Source: Myxococcota bacterium
GTDB taxonomy: Bacteria > Myxococcota_A > Bradymonadia > UBA7976 > UBA1532
NCBI GenBank assembly: GCA_036337435.1
Contig: JAYZEG010000058.1
Coordinates: forward strand, 96,001 to 160,000
Reading direction: 5' to 3'
DNA: 64,000 bases
Below the pieces are notes generated by a model that was not told the DNA's origin, did no database searches, and was given only the letters and a program-made list of their open reading frames with translations. This document shows positions 40,354-52,178 of the stretch, piece by piece. The translations under genes and the position numbers were made by a program. Every line of letters starts with the position of its first letter. The first letter of the stretch is position 1.

Positions 40354-40848
40354 CTATTGGTTCCCAGTCATCTGAACCTGACCTTCGAAGTGAGCACCGC
40401 GCTCGATTACGAGGGCTTGAACCGATAATTCACCAACGACACGAGCAGTCTGCCGCAATTCTAGGGCACCACTTGTTGTGACCTTACCATTCACTTCGCC
40501 GCTGATGTCCGCTGAGGCGACGTTAACCGTACCATCGATGCGTGCTCCAGCGCTTACAACCAAGTGACCTGGAGAGTCAATGTCTCCAAAAAACTCGCCG
40601 TCGATTTGAACAGTGCCCTCGAAGGTTAATTTTCCTTCGAATCGGCAACCTTTACCGAGTAAAGCACCACCACGGCTTGAATTTGCTGCGGTCGAACGCT
40701 GCATATCCTCACGTCTCAGCAATGCGACTCCGGTGTCTTCCATTTGTGCATTCTCCACAGCTCTCTCCTTCGAAGTATCGGCGTCGACGACACCGACATC
40801 TGTACTTGTTTGGTTGATTCCGTCTTTATTATCCCGTCGTCCGAACAT
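40354..40848 (-). CDS. Bactofilin (polymer-forming cytoskeletal protein)
   Basis: Beta-helix repeats LGKGCRFEGKL...VQIDGEFFGDI...ISGEVNGKV...LVIERGAHFEG. Confidence 0.92.
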   Translation of the reverse strand: MFGRRDNKDGINQTSTDVGVVDADTSKERAVENAQMEDTGVALLRREDMQRSTAANSSRGGALLGKGCRFEGKLTFEGTVQIDGEFFGDIDSPGHLVVSAGARIDGTVNVASADISGEVNGKVTTSGALELRQTARVVGELSVQALVIERGAHFEGQVQMTGNQ

Positions 40849-40923
40849 TTTGAACTACTCACTTTCAATTCACAAGGGCGACTATCTCATACCAAGCAAA
40901 GATCCGCTATCAGAATTGCCGAA

Positions 40924-40939
40924 TGTTTCATGTGAAACA
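40924..40939. promoter_or_regulatory. parS site
   Basis: TGTTTCATGTGAAACA, 15/16 match to the consensus palindrome, between the divergent bactofilin and parA genes. Confidence 0.85.
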
Positions 40940-40981
40940 TCACTCTAGCGGCATTTGCTCGCATGTGGTAGACACCCGCCC

Positions 40982-41785
40982 ATGTCTACCTATACAATTT
41001 GCATCACCAATCAAAAAGGCGGCGTTGGTAAAACGACAACCGCCGTTAATCTAGCGGCCGGACTCGCCCTCGAGGACCAGGACACACTTCTAATCGATCT
41101 CGACCCACAGGGCAATGCCAGTAGTGGACTCGGTGTTGATACCAATACCATTAAAAGAGGTGTTTACCACACGCTAATCGGCATGGGCGATATAGATGAC
41201 ACCGCAATAAACTCCAAAGATATTAATCACTTAAGAATTTTGCCGGCCAACAGAGCCCTCTTCGGCGCAGAAGTTGAATTGGTCGATGCAATCTCACGCG
41301 AATACCGACTCAAAGAAGCCTTGGGGCGAATGCAGCGTCCCCCAAAATATGTCATTATTGATTGTCCGCCATCCCTAGGACTTTTGACCATCAATGCACT
41401 GACGGCGGCTCAATCAGCCTTGATACCGCTACAGACCGAATACTATGCGCTCGAAGGGCTCTCACAACTCACTAAAACGGTTCAACTCATCCAACGCCGA
41501 TTAAACCCAGAATTGCGCTTAGAGGGGATTCTTCTAACCATGTTTGATACAAGAAACAACCTATCGCATCAGGTTGCGACGGAGGTGAGAAGCCATTTCA
41601 AAGACGCTGTTTTCGACGTGGTCATTCCTCGAAATGTCCGCCTATCAGAAAGTCCATCTTTCGGAAAGCCAATCTATCATTACGACCAGGCGTCCAGAGG
41701 TGCAAAAGCGTATCGAAAGCTGGCGCAATTGGTCATCGACCGTCACGGCCTCAGTTCAGCAAGAAAAGGAAATCAAAACCGATGA
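40982..41785 (+). CDS. parA: Chromosome partitioning ATPase ParA/Soj
   Basis: NQKGGVGKTT, DLDPQGNAS, DCPPSLG, IPRNVRLSESPSFG. Start re-called to ATG 40982. Confidence 0.96.
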   Translation: MSTYTICITNQKGGVGKTTTAVNLAAGLALEDQDTLLIDLDPQGNASSGLGVDTNTIKRGVYHTLIGMGDIDDTAINSKDINHLRILPANRALFGAEVELVDAISREYRLKEALGRMQRPPKYVIIDCPPSLGLLTINALTAAQSALIPLQTEYYALEGLSQLTKTVQLIQRRLNPELRLEGILLTMFDTRNNLSHQVATEVRSHFKDAVFDVVIPRNVRLSESPSFGKPIYHYDQASRGAKAYRKLAQLVIDRHGLSSARKGNQNR

Positions 41786-42654
41786 CACAATCACGACGAA
41801 ATGTCCTTGGACGAGGTCTATCTGCACTCATCCCAGAGGCAAACGAGGCTGTCGAAGCAAACATCCAGGAAATAACACAGCTCCCGCTGGAGCAGATTCA
41901 AGCCGCCGATCACCAACCCAGGCTCGAATTTGACGACACGCGACTGGCCGCATTGTCCGAGTCCATCAAATCCGACGGACTCTTACAACCAATCGTTGTC
42001 CGACGGGTCGGGCAGAACACCTTTTCGATTATCGCTGGCGAACGCCGTTTTCGGGCCTCAAAATTGGCCGGCCTCGGACATGTACCGGTTGTCATCCGAG
42101 ATGTAACGGAGTCCGAATCTTTTGAGTTGGCTCTCATTGAAAATGTACAGCGAGAAGATCTCAATCCCATCGAAGAAGCTGAGGCATTTTCCTATCTTGT
42201 GAAGGAACGACAACTCAGTCATGAAGAGATCGCGCATCGAATGGGCCGCGATAGAGTGACTATCACCAACGGCTTAAGACTACTTAAATTGGCAGAACCC
42301 ATTCGGAAAATGGTCGCCAGTGGTCAACTCAGTGCTGGTCACGGTCGGGCGATACTGATGGCCCCGACCGGGGCGCGATTAACACTGGCTGAACAAACCA
42401 TTAAATCCGGCTGGAGCGTCCGCCGTACGGAGAAAGAAGCAAAGGCTCTTAAGTCTGCTTTGACGGCTGAGCCAACTAAGCCTGCCACGACCAGCCCTGC
42501 TCATAGGGCTGTCGAGGACCAGCTGAGAGCAGCACTCGGTGCCCCAATCAAACTGGTCAATAAAAAGGGCGTCGGTCGCATCGAAATCCGATTCCATAGT
42601 ATGGACGAACTTGAGCGCTTATTGGACCTGATGGCCTCCTTAGAAGGCCAATAA
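41782..42654 (+). CDS. parB: Chromosome partitioning protein ParB/Spo0J
   Basis: LGRGLSAL, QPR, IAGERRFRA, ENVQREDLNPIEEA, HTH. Confidence 0.97.
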   Translation: MTQSRRNVLGRGLSALIPEANEAVEANIQEITQLPLEQIQAADHQPRLEFDDTRLAALSESIKSDGLLQPIVVRRVGQNTFSIIAGERRFRASKLAGLGHVPVVIRDVTESESFELALIENVQREDLNPIEEAEAFSYLVKERQLSHEEIAHRMGRDRVTITNGLRLLKLAEPIRKMVASGQLSAGHGRAILMAPTGARLTLAEQTIKSGWSVRRTEKEAKALKSALTAEPTKPATTSPAHRAVEDQLRAALGAPIKLVNKKGVGRIEIRFHSMDELERLLDLMASLEGQ

Positions 42655-42700
42655 ATTCGACGTGACATCTCACCCAGACCGTCTTCGTTGATTGCCCCCC

Positions 42701-42744
42701 AAAAAAAACGCCGCAGTGGAAAACCACGCGGCGTTTCTATTTTG
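42701..42744. terminator. Rho-independent terminator, probably bidirectional (atp operon / parB)
   Basis: AAACGCCGC-A-GTGG-AAAA-CCAC-GCGGCGTTT hairpin, with an A8 tract on the left and TTTCTATTTTG on the right, between convergent genes. Confidence 0.8.
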
Positions 42745-42759
42745 ACAAGTCGAGATTGG

Positions 42760-43164
42760 TCAGTGCGCTGTCTGGTCCAACACACTCTCGGCATACCGCT
42801 GATCAATGTTTATTCTCAGAAGCTGGTCATCACCGAGATATTCACTCTCTTCTAGGCGACGATTAGCCTGTTGTAATACGTCTGCGGCTTTATCCCGGTC
42901 GATCTCATCTCGGGTAAGAGCATAGTCGGTCATGATCAATATGCTATCACTCGAAATTTCCGCGACACCGCCACGAATGAAAATTTCACCGTCGCCATCC
43001 AGACCTTGATACGAGAGAACACCCCCACCGAGCATGATTAACGCGGGCTGGTGCTCAGCGTAGACCGTAAACATGCCGGCTGCTCCGGGAACGGTGACCT
43101 CCACAACAACGGCATCCACAACGGAGCCTGTTGGGGTCACGATCGATAGATTCATTTTGGCCAT
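42760..43164 (-). CDS. atpC: ATP synthase F1 epsilon
   Basis: IVTP, VPGAAG..HQP, GG; last gene of the operon. Confidence 0.9.
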   Translation of the reverse strand: MAKMNLSIVTPTGSVVDAVVVEVTVPGAAGMFTVYAEHQPALIMLGGGVLSYQGLDGDGEIFIRGGVAEISSDSILIMTDYALTRDEIDRDKAADVLQQANRRLEESEYLGDDQLLRINIDQRYAESVLDQTAH

Positions 43165-43188
43165 GCTGGCTGCTCCTTACTATGAACC

Positions 43189-44670
<1,482 letters not shown>

Positions 44671-45555
44671 TTATTTAAGAGCCTCAGCTCCGCCGATAAT
44701 CTCCATCAACTCTGTGGTGATTGCGGCTTGTCTTGCTCTGTTCATCTGCAATGTAAGCGCCGAAATCATTTCCGTCGCATTGTCGGTCGCGCTGTTCATC
44801 GCGTTCATTCGCGCTGCATGTTCACCCGCGATTGATTCCAAAATTGCCTCGCGAATCTGGACCTCAACGAAAGCAGGTACAACGTGATTCAGCAGGGTTT
44901 CTTGGTCAGGCTCGTAGAGGTAATCACCTCGTACAGTGTCCGTTTGCTGCTCCTCGTCCGCGATGGCCGAAACAGGCAGCAAGTCAGACGCCCGCGGATT
45001 TTGACTAATGATGCTGTCAAAGCGATTCGAAACAATGACAACGTCATCGAATTCGCCCTGAAGGAATCCATCAACCAAGGCAGCCGTAATCGCTTTGATG
45101 CTGTCAGTACTGGCACCAGCGATGACCTCACCAAACTCACGTCCTACAACCAGTCCGCTCTTGCTAACGAACTGCACCATACGACGACCGAGTGGAAAAA
45201 CAACCGCTTCTCGACCCTCGTCCATGACCTTTTTCGCATACTGCGCAGCCGCTTTTTGGACGTTGCTGTTGAATCCACCACACATACCGCGATCACTGGA
45301 TATCGCGAGGATTGCAACCTTAGCTTGCCCTTCGCGTACCTCGAGTAGCGGATGGGCAGCATCACCCGCACCGCCACTGGCATCCACCAAGGATGACAGC
45401 ATTTCGCGGTACTTTTCAGCGTATGGTCTCAGCTCCATCATCGCACCCTGCGCACGACGCAACTTAGCCGCCGCCACGAGCTTCATCGCCCGTGTTATCT
45501 TCTGGGTGTTCTTGACAGACGTGACCCGCTTGCGAATATCTTTGAGGCTTGGCAT
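44671..45555 (-). CDS. atpG: ATP synthase F1 gamma
   Basis: TQKITRAMKLVAAAKL, SDRGMCG, RQAAITTEL. Confidence 0.98.
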   Translation of the reverse strand: MPSLKDIRKRVTSVKNTQKITRAMKLVAAAKLRRAQGAMMELRPYAEKYREMLSSLVDASGGAGDAAHPLLEVREGQAKVAILAISSDRGMCGGFNSNVQKAAAQYAKKVMDEGREAVVFPLGRRMVQFVSKSGLVVGREFGEVIAGASTDSIKAITAALVDGFLQGEFDDVVIVSNRFDSIISQNPRASDLLPVSAIADEEQQTDTVRGDYLYEPDQETLLNHVVPAFVEVQIREAILESIAGEHAARMNAMNSATDNATEMISALTLQMNRARQAAITTELMEIIGGAEALK

Positions 45556-45573
45556 GCCTCACTCCCTCCGCGA

Positions 45574-47082
45574 CTAGGCGTTGAAGCCTTCGTTAAAATC
45601 GTTCAAACCCGCTTCTAGGCTGCTGACCAAGTCGTCGGTCAGTTTTCCTATTTCCCGGATCGACTTCAAAACATTCTCATGCTTGCTTCTGAAGAACTCG
45701 ATGAGCTCACTCTCGTATCGAGCAAGGTCTCCAACGGCAACATTATCCACAAATCCCTTAACGCCCGCATAGATGACCAAAATTTGGTTCTCCACAGGCA
45801 TTGGTTGGTACTGACCCTGCTTCAAAAGGATCGTGAGTCGCTCACCACGAGCAAGCTGCATCTGCGTTGCCTTGTCCAAATCAGATGCGAACTGGGCAAA
45901 CGCCTGCATCTCACGGTATTGAGCTAAGTCAAGGCGCAGAGTACCAGCAATTTTCTTCATCGCCTTGGTCTGCGCTGAGCCACCAACTCGTGACACAGAT
46001 ATACCTACGTTAATCGCAGGGCGAACACCCGAATTGAAGAGGTCACTTTCCAAGAAGATCTGGCCATCGGTGATCGAGATTACGTTTGTTGGAATATAGG
46101 CGGACACATCTCCGGCTTGCGTCTCGATGATGGGCAAGGCTGTGAGACTTCCGCCGCCATTGTCATCATTCATCTTCGCAGCACGTTCAAGCAAGCGACT
46201 ATGGAGGTAGAAAACATCACCGGGATAGGCCTCACGTCCAGGCGGACGACGAAGCAGCAATGACATCTGTCTATACGCGACGGCTTGCTTGCTCAAATCA
46301 TCATAAATAATAAGTGCATGTTTGCCGTTGTCGCGGAAAAACTCACCCATTGTGCAGCCCGTGTAAGGTGCTAGGAACTGGAGTGGAGCTAACTCAGCAG
46401 CAGCGGCTGCTACGACGGTGGTGTACTCCATCGCTCCATGCTTCTTCAGCTTGTCAACGACCTGTGCAACGGTCGATTGTTTCTGGCCGATAGCAACATA
46501 AATGCAGAAGACATCGGTATTTTTCTGGTTGATAATCGTGTCGATAGCAACGGCTGTCTTGCCCGTTTGACGGTCCCCGATAATCAATTCGCGTTGGCCT
46601 CGACCGATGGGCACCATTGAATCGATGGCTTTGAGGCCCGTTTGCAAAGGTTCACAGACCGATTGCCTCGGCATAATCCCGGGTGCTTTAATTTCAACCT
46701 GCCGTCGATGTGGAGACTCAATTTCACCCAAACCATCAATGGGCTCACCGAGCGCGTTGACAACACGGCCAAGAAGAGATTCACCCACAGGAACGTCAAC
46801 AATACGGCCCGTACGGCGAACTTCATCACCCTCGCGAATCTTGTTGGCCTCACCGAGAAGGGCGACACCGACATTATCTTCCTCGAGGTTCAAGACCATG
46901 CCCTGGACGTTGTTCGGAAACTCTACGAGCTCACCGGCCATCGCCTGTTCCAGACCATAGACACGCGCAATACCGTCACCCGCAGAGAGGACAGTACCGG
47001 TCTCGCTCACCTCGACCTGCTTGTCATAATCTTCGATTTGCTTCCGAATAATTCGGCTGATTTCTTCGACCCTGATATCCAT
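45574..47082 (-). CDS. atpA: ATP synthase F1 alpha
   Basis: [20 protein letters not shown]. Confidence 0.98.
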   Translation of the reverse strand: MDIRVEEISRIIRKQIEDYDKQVEVSETGTVLSAGDGIARVYGLEQAMAGELVEFPNNVQGMVLNLEEDNVGVALLGEANKIREGDEVRRTGRIVDVPVGESLLGRVVNALGEPIDGLGEIESPHRRQVEIKAPGIMPRQSVCEPLQTGLKAIDSMVPIGRGQRELIIGDRQTGKTAVAIDTIINQKNTDVFCIYVAIGQKQSTVAQVVDKLKKHGAMEYTTVVAAAAAELAPLQFLAPYTGCTMGEFFRDNGKHALIIYDDLSKQAVAYRQMSLLLRRPPGREAYPGDVFYLHSRLLERAAKMNDDNGGGSLTALPIIETQAGDVSAYIPTNVISITDGQIFLESDLFNSGVRPAINVGISVSRVGGSAQTKAMKKIAGTLRLDLAQYREMQAFAQFASDLDKATQMQLARGERLTILLKQGQYQPMPVENQILVIYAGVKGFVDNVAVGDLARYESELIEFFRSKHENVLKSIREIGKLTDDLVSSLEAGLNDFNEGFNA

Positions 47083-47111
47083 CGGTCGGTCTCCATTCTA
47101 ACCGTTTAGGT

Positions 47112-47663
47112 TCAGACCTCGCCCTGCTTTAGGCGCGCCCTGAGCGTATTCAATTGATTACTGACACTACCATCGTAAACACGACCCCCAATATGGGTCA
47201 CTATGCCGGCTACGATTGACTTATCTTCTTCCTGCTCGACGACAACTTTCTTGCCCGTTGCCTTCTGTACAACAGAACGGAGTCTCTCGACATCGCCTTC
47301 TGAGAGTGGGGTCGCAACGCGTACCCGAGCTCTTAGGCGTCCCGCTTCTGCATCAGATAACTCGTTGTACGCGGCGACAACTTCGCCAAGGCGGCCAATA
47401 CGATTCCTGTCGACGAGAAGAAACAAAAACTTTCGACAGATTGGACTGACGGTCACAACGTTGAGTAAGTCCGCCAAAACAGCTTTTCTCACGTCAACAC
47501 CGAACTTGGGGCTTTGAAATAAAACCCGGACTTCGTCCACTGAAAACAGCTCCACCACACGCTCAAGCTCACGGCCCAGCTGCTCATAATTATCGTTGTC
47601 GATCCCGATCCCAAGAAGGGCCTTCGCGTATCGTTCACCGAGCGTTGAAGATCGCACGATCAA
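47112..47663 (-). CDS. atpH: ATP synthase F1 delta
   Basis: RYAKAL, LVDRNR, AGIV...YDGSV. Confidence 0.95.
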   Translation of the reverse strand: MIVRSSTLGERYAKALLGIGIDNDNYEQLGRELERVVELFSVDEVRVLFQSPKFGVDVRKAVLADLLNVVTVSPICRKFLFLLVDRNRIGRLGEVVAAYNELSDAEAGRLRARVRVATPLSEGDVERLRSVVQKATGKKVVVEQEEDKSIVAGIVTHIGGRVYDGSVSNQLNTLRARLKQGEV

Positions 47664-47669
47664 TTCCCT

Positions 47670-48245
47670 TTACTGCGCATTCCGGATGCTCGACTCCAAT
47701 TGACCGAAATAATCCGCCACCAGTCGTCGATGATCATCTTCATTAAGCTGTTCACGTATTGCGGACTGTGCACTCGCGACGGCCCGGTCAACGATTTCCG
47801 ATTCTAACTTAGCTTTCGCTCGAGCTGCTTCGTTTTCTGCAACGCGTTTCGCTTCGTTGCGAATGCGTTCCGCATCGACCTTGGCCGCTGCGATAATTCG
47901 GTCGCGCTCAGCTGCACCCATCGCTTTGAATTCATCTAACAATTCAATTCGCTGGGCTTCGAAGCCAGCTAATTTTTCATTGTACTCAGCTAAGATTTCC
48001 TTCGCCTCGGCGTGTAGGGCTGCGGCCTCATCAATTTCTCGACCGACACGCTCTGCTCGACTCTTAAGCCCGTTTTTAATGTTTGGACCAGCAAACTTGG
48101 CGATAAGTGCAAGCAAAATGACTAGGTTAATAAGGTGATAAACGTTTGTAGACCACGCGTCCCAACCTGTCTTCACTTCGCCGCTGCCTGCCGCGAATGC
48201 CGCGCCAGATATCAAAACAACCAGGACTAGCGTTAAGCGATTCAC
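47670..48245 (-). CDS. atpF: ATP synthase F0 subunit b
   Basis: Presequence-like N-terminus, TM (INLVILLALI), long coiled coil; operon position. Confidence 0.88.
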   Translation of the reverse strand: MNRLTLVLVVLISGAAFAAGSGEVKTGWDAWSTNVYHLINLVILLALIAKFAGPNIKNGLKSRAERVGREIDEAAALHAEAKEILAEYNEKLAGFEAQRIELLDEFKAMGAAERDRIIAAAKVDAERIRNEAKRVAENEAARAKAKLESEIVDRAVASAQSAIREQLNEDDHRRLVADYFGQLESSIRNAQ

Positions 48246-48256
48246 TCCACCACCCC

Positions 48257-48724
48257 CTAAATCGTCCGGCCAATGACTTTTTGCACAACCAAAGCCGACA
48301 GTTCAGCGACCTGAGCATCTACGTTGGGGCGCTCCGCCGCCACTTGGTCGTCGATGGCTTTTTGGGCTTTATCGATCGTCTCATTCGCATCTGACCGAGC
48401 AGATTGAACCAGCGCGTCTTTTTGGTCGATGCCCTCGGTTCTCAAGCTGAGTTTAGCCTCGAGGGCCGCGCTTCTCGCGTCCGCTAGAGAACTTTCGTAG
48501 CGGTCCGCAAGTGCGTCCGCTTCCGCCCTCAACTTGGCCGCCTCATCCTTGGTCGACGCCGTACGGCGGCCTCGTTCATCAACGGCTTTTAGGTAGGGCC
48601 CAAAAACAAACTTGTTTAAGACCACCATCAACGTCAAGACAAACGCAAGTTGAATGGCAAAAGTCAGGTCAAGGTCTAAACTGACCCCGCCCATATAGTG
48701 TATTGTATTCTGCATGGAATCCAT
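48257..48724 (-). CDS. ATP synthase F0 subunit b'
   Basis: DLTFAIQLAFVL..LNKFVFGP..ER then coiled coil. Start re-called to ATG 48724 with AAGGAG upstream. Confidence 0.85.
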   Translation of the reverse strand: MDSMQNTIHYMGGVSLDLDLTFAIQLAFVLTLMVVLNKFVFGPYLKAVDERGRRTASTKDEAAKLRAEADALADRYESSLADARSAALEAKLSLRTEGIDQKDALVQSARSDANETIDKAQKAIDDQVAAERPNVDAQVAELSALVVQKVIGRTI

Positions 48725-48759
48725 GGTGCCGGTGGGCTCCTTAGCTCCGAAGTCGCCGG

Positions 48760-48788
48760 AACCTAACAAAGGCGATAGTATAGGTCAA
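48760..48788 (-). promoter_or_regulatory. Candidate sigma70 promoter of the atp operon
   Basis: Minus strand TTGACC, 17 nt spacer, TAGGTT with an extended -10 TG. Confidence 0.55.
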
Positions 48789-48937
48789 TCGCCTTTAACA
48801 ACTCTGAGTCAATCGGACACGACTCTTAATTATCAGTTCCGCTTATATGTCTGAAAAATATAGATTTTTGTGACACCGTGTTAAAGATAGTCTCGTATAT
48901 TTTGATTCAATTTTCTTGATAAATTTGTCCAGTCACC

Positions 48938-49870
48938 ATGATCAAAGCAATCAATTTAAGTAAATCATATGGACCCGTTGCCGCACTTCGACATGCATCC
49001 TTCGAAATTGGGTCGGGCGAGATTGTCGGTTTTCTCGGACCCAATGGTGCGGGTAAGTCGACGACCATGAAAATACTGACCGGTTTTCTCGCCCCAACCG
49101 ACGGGGAAGCCTGGATCGCAGACCACCCAGTCGACGATCCCAGCGAATCATTTAGATTTAGGGTCGGTTACTTGCCAGAGAACGCACCTCTTTATGGAGA
49201 AATGTCCGTTTCTGATTTTCTTAATTTCGCAAGTCGACTCAAACACATTGAAAAAAAGCATCGAAAGAGTGCTCTTGAGAAAGCCTGTGTTCGATGCGGC
49301 TTAAACGACGTCCTTCACAAGTCCATTGGAGCCCTCTCGAAAGGATACCGTCAACGCGTTGGTCTGGCCCAAGCGATTATTCATGAGCCGAGTGTGCTGA
49401 TCCTGGATGAGCCAACAAGCGGACTTGACCCTAACCAAGTCGAAGATATTCGTCATTTAGTCAGGGAGTATGGCCGACACAATACAGTCCTTTTCAGCAG
49501 CCACATACTCACAGAAGTGCAAGCCGTTGCGACCCGCATACTGGTCATAGATCAAGGCCAAATCGTCGCTGATGATACACCAACAGCATTGATGAATCAG
49601 GTCAGTGCAATCCGTTACGAAATCGCGGTCACTGGCGTATCATCAACAGACTTGTTTGACTGGATGCGTGAACAAGACGGCGTTCTGCACTGTCAATACG
49701 GCGAATCGGAATCCGATAGCGTGCGTGTCATTGTCAGTCTTCAGGATGAGTCTGTAGCACCCTTGTTAGCGAGAGCAGTCATTAACCAAAATTGGGGTTT
49801 GCAGGAATTGGTGAAGGAAAAGGCAGACCTGGAAACTGTCTTTCGGACGCTGACAGGGGGTCCGGTATGA
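48938..49870 (+). CDS. ABC transporter ATP-binding protein (GldA-like)
   Basis: GPNGAGKST, LSKGYRQRVG, LDEPTSGLDP, SSH. Confidence 0.92.
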   Translation: MIKAINLSKSYGPVAALRHASFEIGSGEIVGFLGPNGAGKSTTMKILTGFLAPTDGEAWIADHPVDDPSESFRFRVGYLPENAPLYGEMSVSDFLNFASRLKHIEKKHRKSALEKACVRCGLNDVLHKSIGALSKGYRQRVGLAQAIIHEPSVLILDEPTSGLDPNQVEDIRHLVREYGRHNTVLFSSHILTEVQAVATRILVIDQGQIVADDTPTALMNQVSAIRYEIAVTGVSSTDLFDWMREQDGVLHCQYGESESDSVRVIVSLQDESVAPLLARAVINQNWGLQELVKEKADLETVFRTLTGGPV

Positions 49871-50580
49871 CGGTTTTCTGGATTGCAATGCGGGAGCTGG
49901 GGTCTTATTTCAGGCGCCCGATCGCGTACATGGTGGTGTCCGCTTTCCTGATTATGACCGCTCTCTACACCTTTGTTTTGATGCCATTTTTTGTCGTCGG
50001 AAAGGCGAGTCTCGTCTCGTTCTTCGAATTCACGCCGTTTCTATTTACGCTCTTCATTCCGGCGATCACCATGAGGTGCATTGCTGAAGAACGGGCAAGT
50101 GGCATGCTCGAAATCTTGCAAACATGGCCTGTGAGTGACATGAGCTGGGTTCTCGGTAAATTCCTCGGTGCTTATTTACTCGTTTCATTCGCCATCATAC
50201 TGACCTTCGTCTTTCCAATGTGTGTCGCCCCGTTCGGTCCAGTTGATTGGGGCGCGGTCATCGGCGGCTATATCGGTCTATTTCTTCTGGGAGCCGCGTA
50301 TACGGCCCTCGGGATATTTGCCAGTGCTTGGACATCGAATCAAATCATCGGTTTTACAGTCGGATTTACACTGTGCTTCACATTTTTCATCATCGGTCGC
50401 AGCGCCGTATTTCTAGAAGGCGACATACTGTTTCTTGCTGAATTTTTAAGCTTCGAAAGGCGTATTTCGGGGATTTCGCGGGGTGTCTTAGATAGTCGAG
50501 ACCTCGTTTTCTTCATGACCGTAGTAGGCCTGGCACTCGGATTGTCCGCAGAACGGCTGCACGTGAGGCGGTGGCGGTGA
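49867..50580 (+). CDS. ABC-2 permease (GldF-like)
   Basis: RELGSYF.RPIAY, PAITMR..AEE..SG..E.L.T.P, LGKF. Start re-called to ATG 49867. Confidence 0.88.
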   Translation: MTVFWIAMRELGSYFRRPIAYMVVSAFLIMTALYTFVLMPFFVVGKASLVSFFEFTPFLFTLFIPAITMRCIAEERASGMLEILQTWPVSDMSWVLGKFLGAYLLVSFAIILTFVFPMCVAPFGPVDWGAVIGGYIGLFLLGAAYTALGIFASAWTSNQIIGFTVGFTLCFTFFIIGRSAVFLEGDILFLAEFLSFERRISGISRGVLDSRDLVFFMTVVGLALGLSAERLHVRRWR

Positions 50581-52178
50581 ATCCATCCCGAAAAAAATTA
50601 CGTCGGTCTGCGCTGATTGCCGTGCCCCTCTGGATTCTTGTCAGCCTCCTTGCGAACATCGCTGTCAAAGACACCAGAATCAGATGGGATTTTACATCAA
50701 GTCAACGTCATACCATGAGTTCGGAAAGCATCGAGCTTTTGTCTAGTGCCCGCTCACAAATCTCCGTTAAAGCGTTTCTACCGGGCTCACTCCCACCACC
50801 ATACAGCGATGTCGTCAGGGCCATTAAAACAGGATTAATGACGTTCCGTGCAGAATCACCCGTGCCCTTCGTCGTAGATGTTTTTGACCCATTGGACCCT
50901 GCACTGACAGCTAAGGAAAAAGAAACGCTGGACAAAAATGCTGACGCTTACGGGCTTAAGAAGGCTGATCTTCAAATCATTCGAGCCGATCAGAGAGTTG
51001 GCCTCTCTGTCCATTTTGGACTGGTGATCAACTACGAGTCTAGGCAGGCAATTGTCCCCCTCATTCAAAGACCATCACAGTTTGAGTACGCCTTCGCTCG
51101 AACGCTTCAGGCTGTCCTTAATCGTGACTTCGAAAAGCCTAAAATCGCCTTCAGTCAAGGTCACGGGGAACCCAACGTAGTCGACAGTCCGCTGAAGGCT
51201 GAGTTTTCATCTCTCGGCATGCTCGAATCTATCAAGCTCGATGGAAGCCCAATTCCACGGGATGTAGATGTTCTCGTCATTCTCGGTCCGAAACGATCTT
51301 TCAACAAGGCTGAGCGGTTTGCGATCGATCAGTTCCTGATGCGAGGCAAGAGTTTAGTCGCACTCCTTGATTATCGTCAGCAGAGTACAGTGTATCCGAA
51401 CATCCTGATTAAGAGCCTTACAGGCCTTGAGAGCCTCTTCGAGACATATGGTGTCCAGATTGAAACGGAACTCACTTTTGTCGATCGAATAAATCCATCC
51501 CCCGCACCGATCAAGCGAGATCAAAATGGACAGGTCATCTATTCAAATCATCCCCTTTACTCGCGAATGATGTCTCCGTCACCAGAGCATCCAGCTGTCG
51601 CGAATATGACAAATCTGGTGATGCCTATGGCCAGTCCCATTAAACCGACCGCGTCCGCTCATCAAAATCTCCAAATCGAGCCCATCTTTGTAGGTCCAAA
51701 AGATGTTGTTCTTGCGAACCAAATTGCTCGATTCGAACCCGAGACCTATGTGGTCTCGTCAAATGATGAGGTACCCGGTTACAAAATGGCGGCAGCCATA
51801 ACCCTGAATGGCATTCTGAAATCAGCTCATACCCGTGATGACCAACCCACAAAAATGAACGCTCTACCAGGCTCACCCAATCAAGAGCCGACGGTATTCT
51901 TACCATCGAGCCGTGGCGATTCACGCATACTGATCGCATCCAGTGGAACACGCATGTTGGCGGCCAGTCAGACGGGACTCAGATTTTTTAAAAATGCTGT
52001 TGCTTGGGCATCTATAGATTCAAGCTTAGTGGGCATCCGCGCAAGGGATCGACTTCCTGCGAATCTTGTCAAGACAACATCTACGGATCGGACTGCCATT
52101 CGAATTGTGTCAATTTTTGGACCCGTGCTGCTTCTTGTTTTGGTTGGCTGGATCGCCACCCGGCGTAAGGCGATATGA
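50571..52178 (+). CDS. GldG-like / ABC auxiliary (GIFT-domain) membrane protein
   Basis: N-terminal TM, RWDFT...T.S, GHGE, LVILGP, DQFLMRG, C-terminal TM. Confidence 0.82.
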   Translation: MAVNPSRKKLRRSALIAVPLWILVSLLANIAVKDTRIRWDFTSSQRHTMSSESIELLSSARSQISVKAFLPGSLPPPYSDVVRAIKTGLMTFRAESPVPFVVDVFDPLDPALTAKEKETLDKNADAYGLKKADLQIIRADQRVGLSVHFGLVINYESRQAIVPLIQRPSQFEYAFARTLQAVLNRDFEKPKIAFSQGHGEPNVVDSPLKAEFSSLGMLESIKLDGSPIPRDVDVLVILGPKRSFNKAERFAIDQFLMRGKSLVALLDYRQQSTVYPNILIKSLTGLESLFETYGVQIETELTFVDRINPSPAPIKRDQNGQVIYSNHPLYSRMMSPSPEHPAVANMTNLVMPMASPIKPTASAHQNLQIEPIFVGPKDVVLANQIARFEPETYVVSSNDEVPGYKMAAAITLNGILKSAHTRDDQPTKMNALPGSPNQEPTVFLPSSRGDSRILIASSGTRMLAASQTGLRFFKNAVAWASIDSSLVGIRARDRLPANLVKTTSTDRTAIRIVSIFGPVLLLVLVGWIATRRKAI

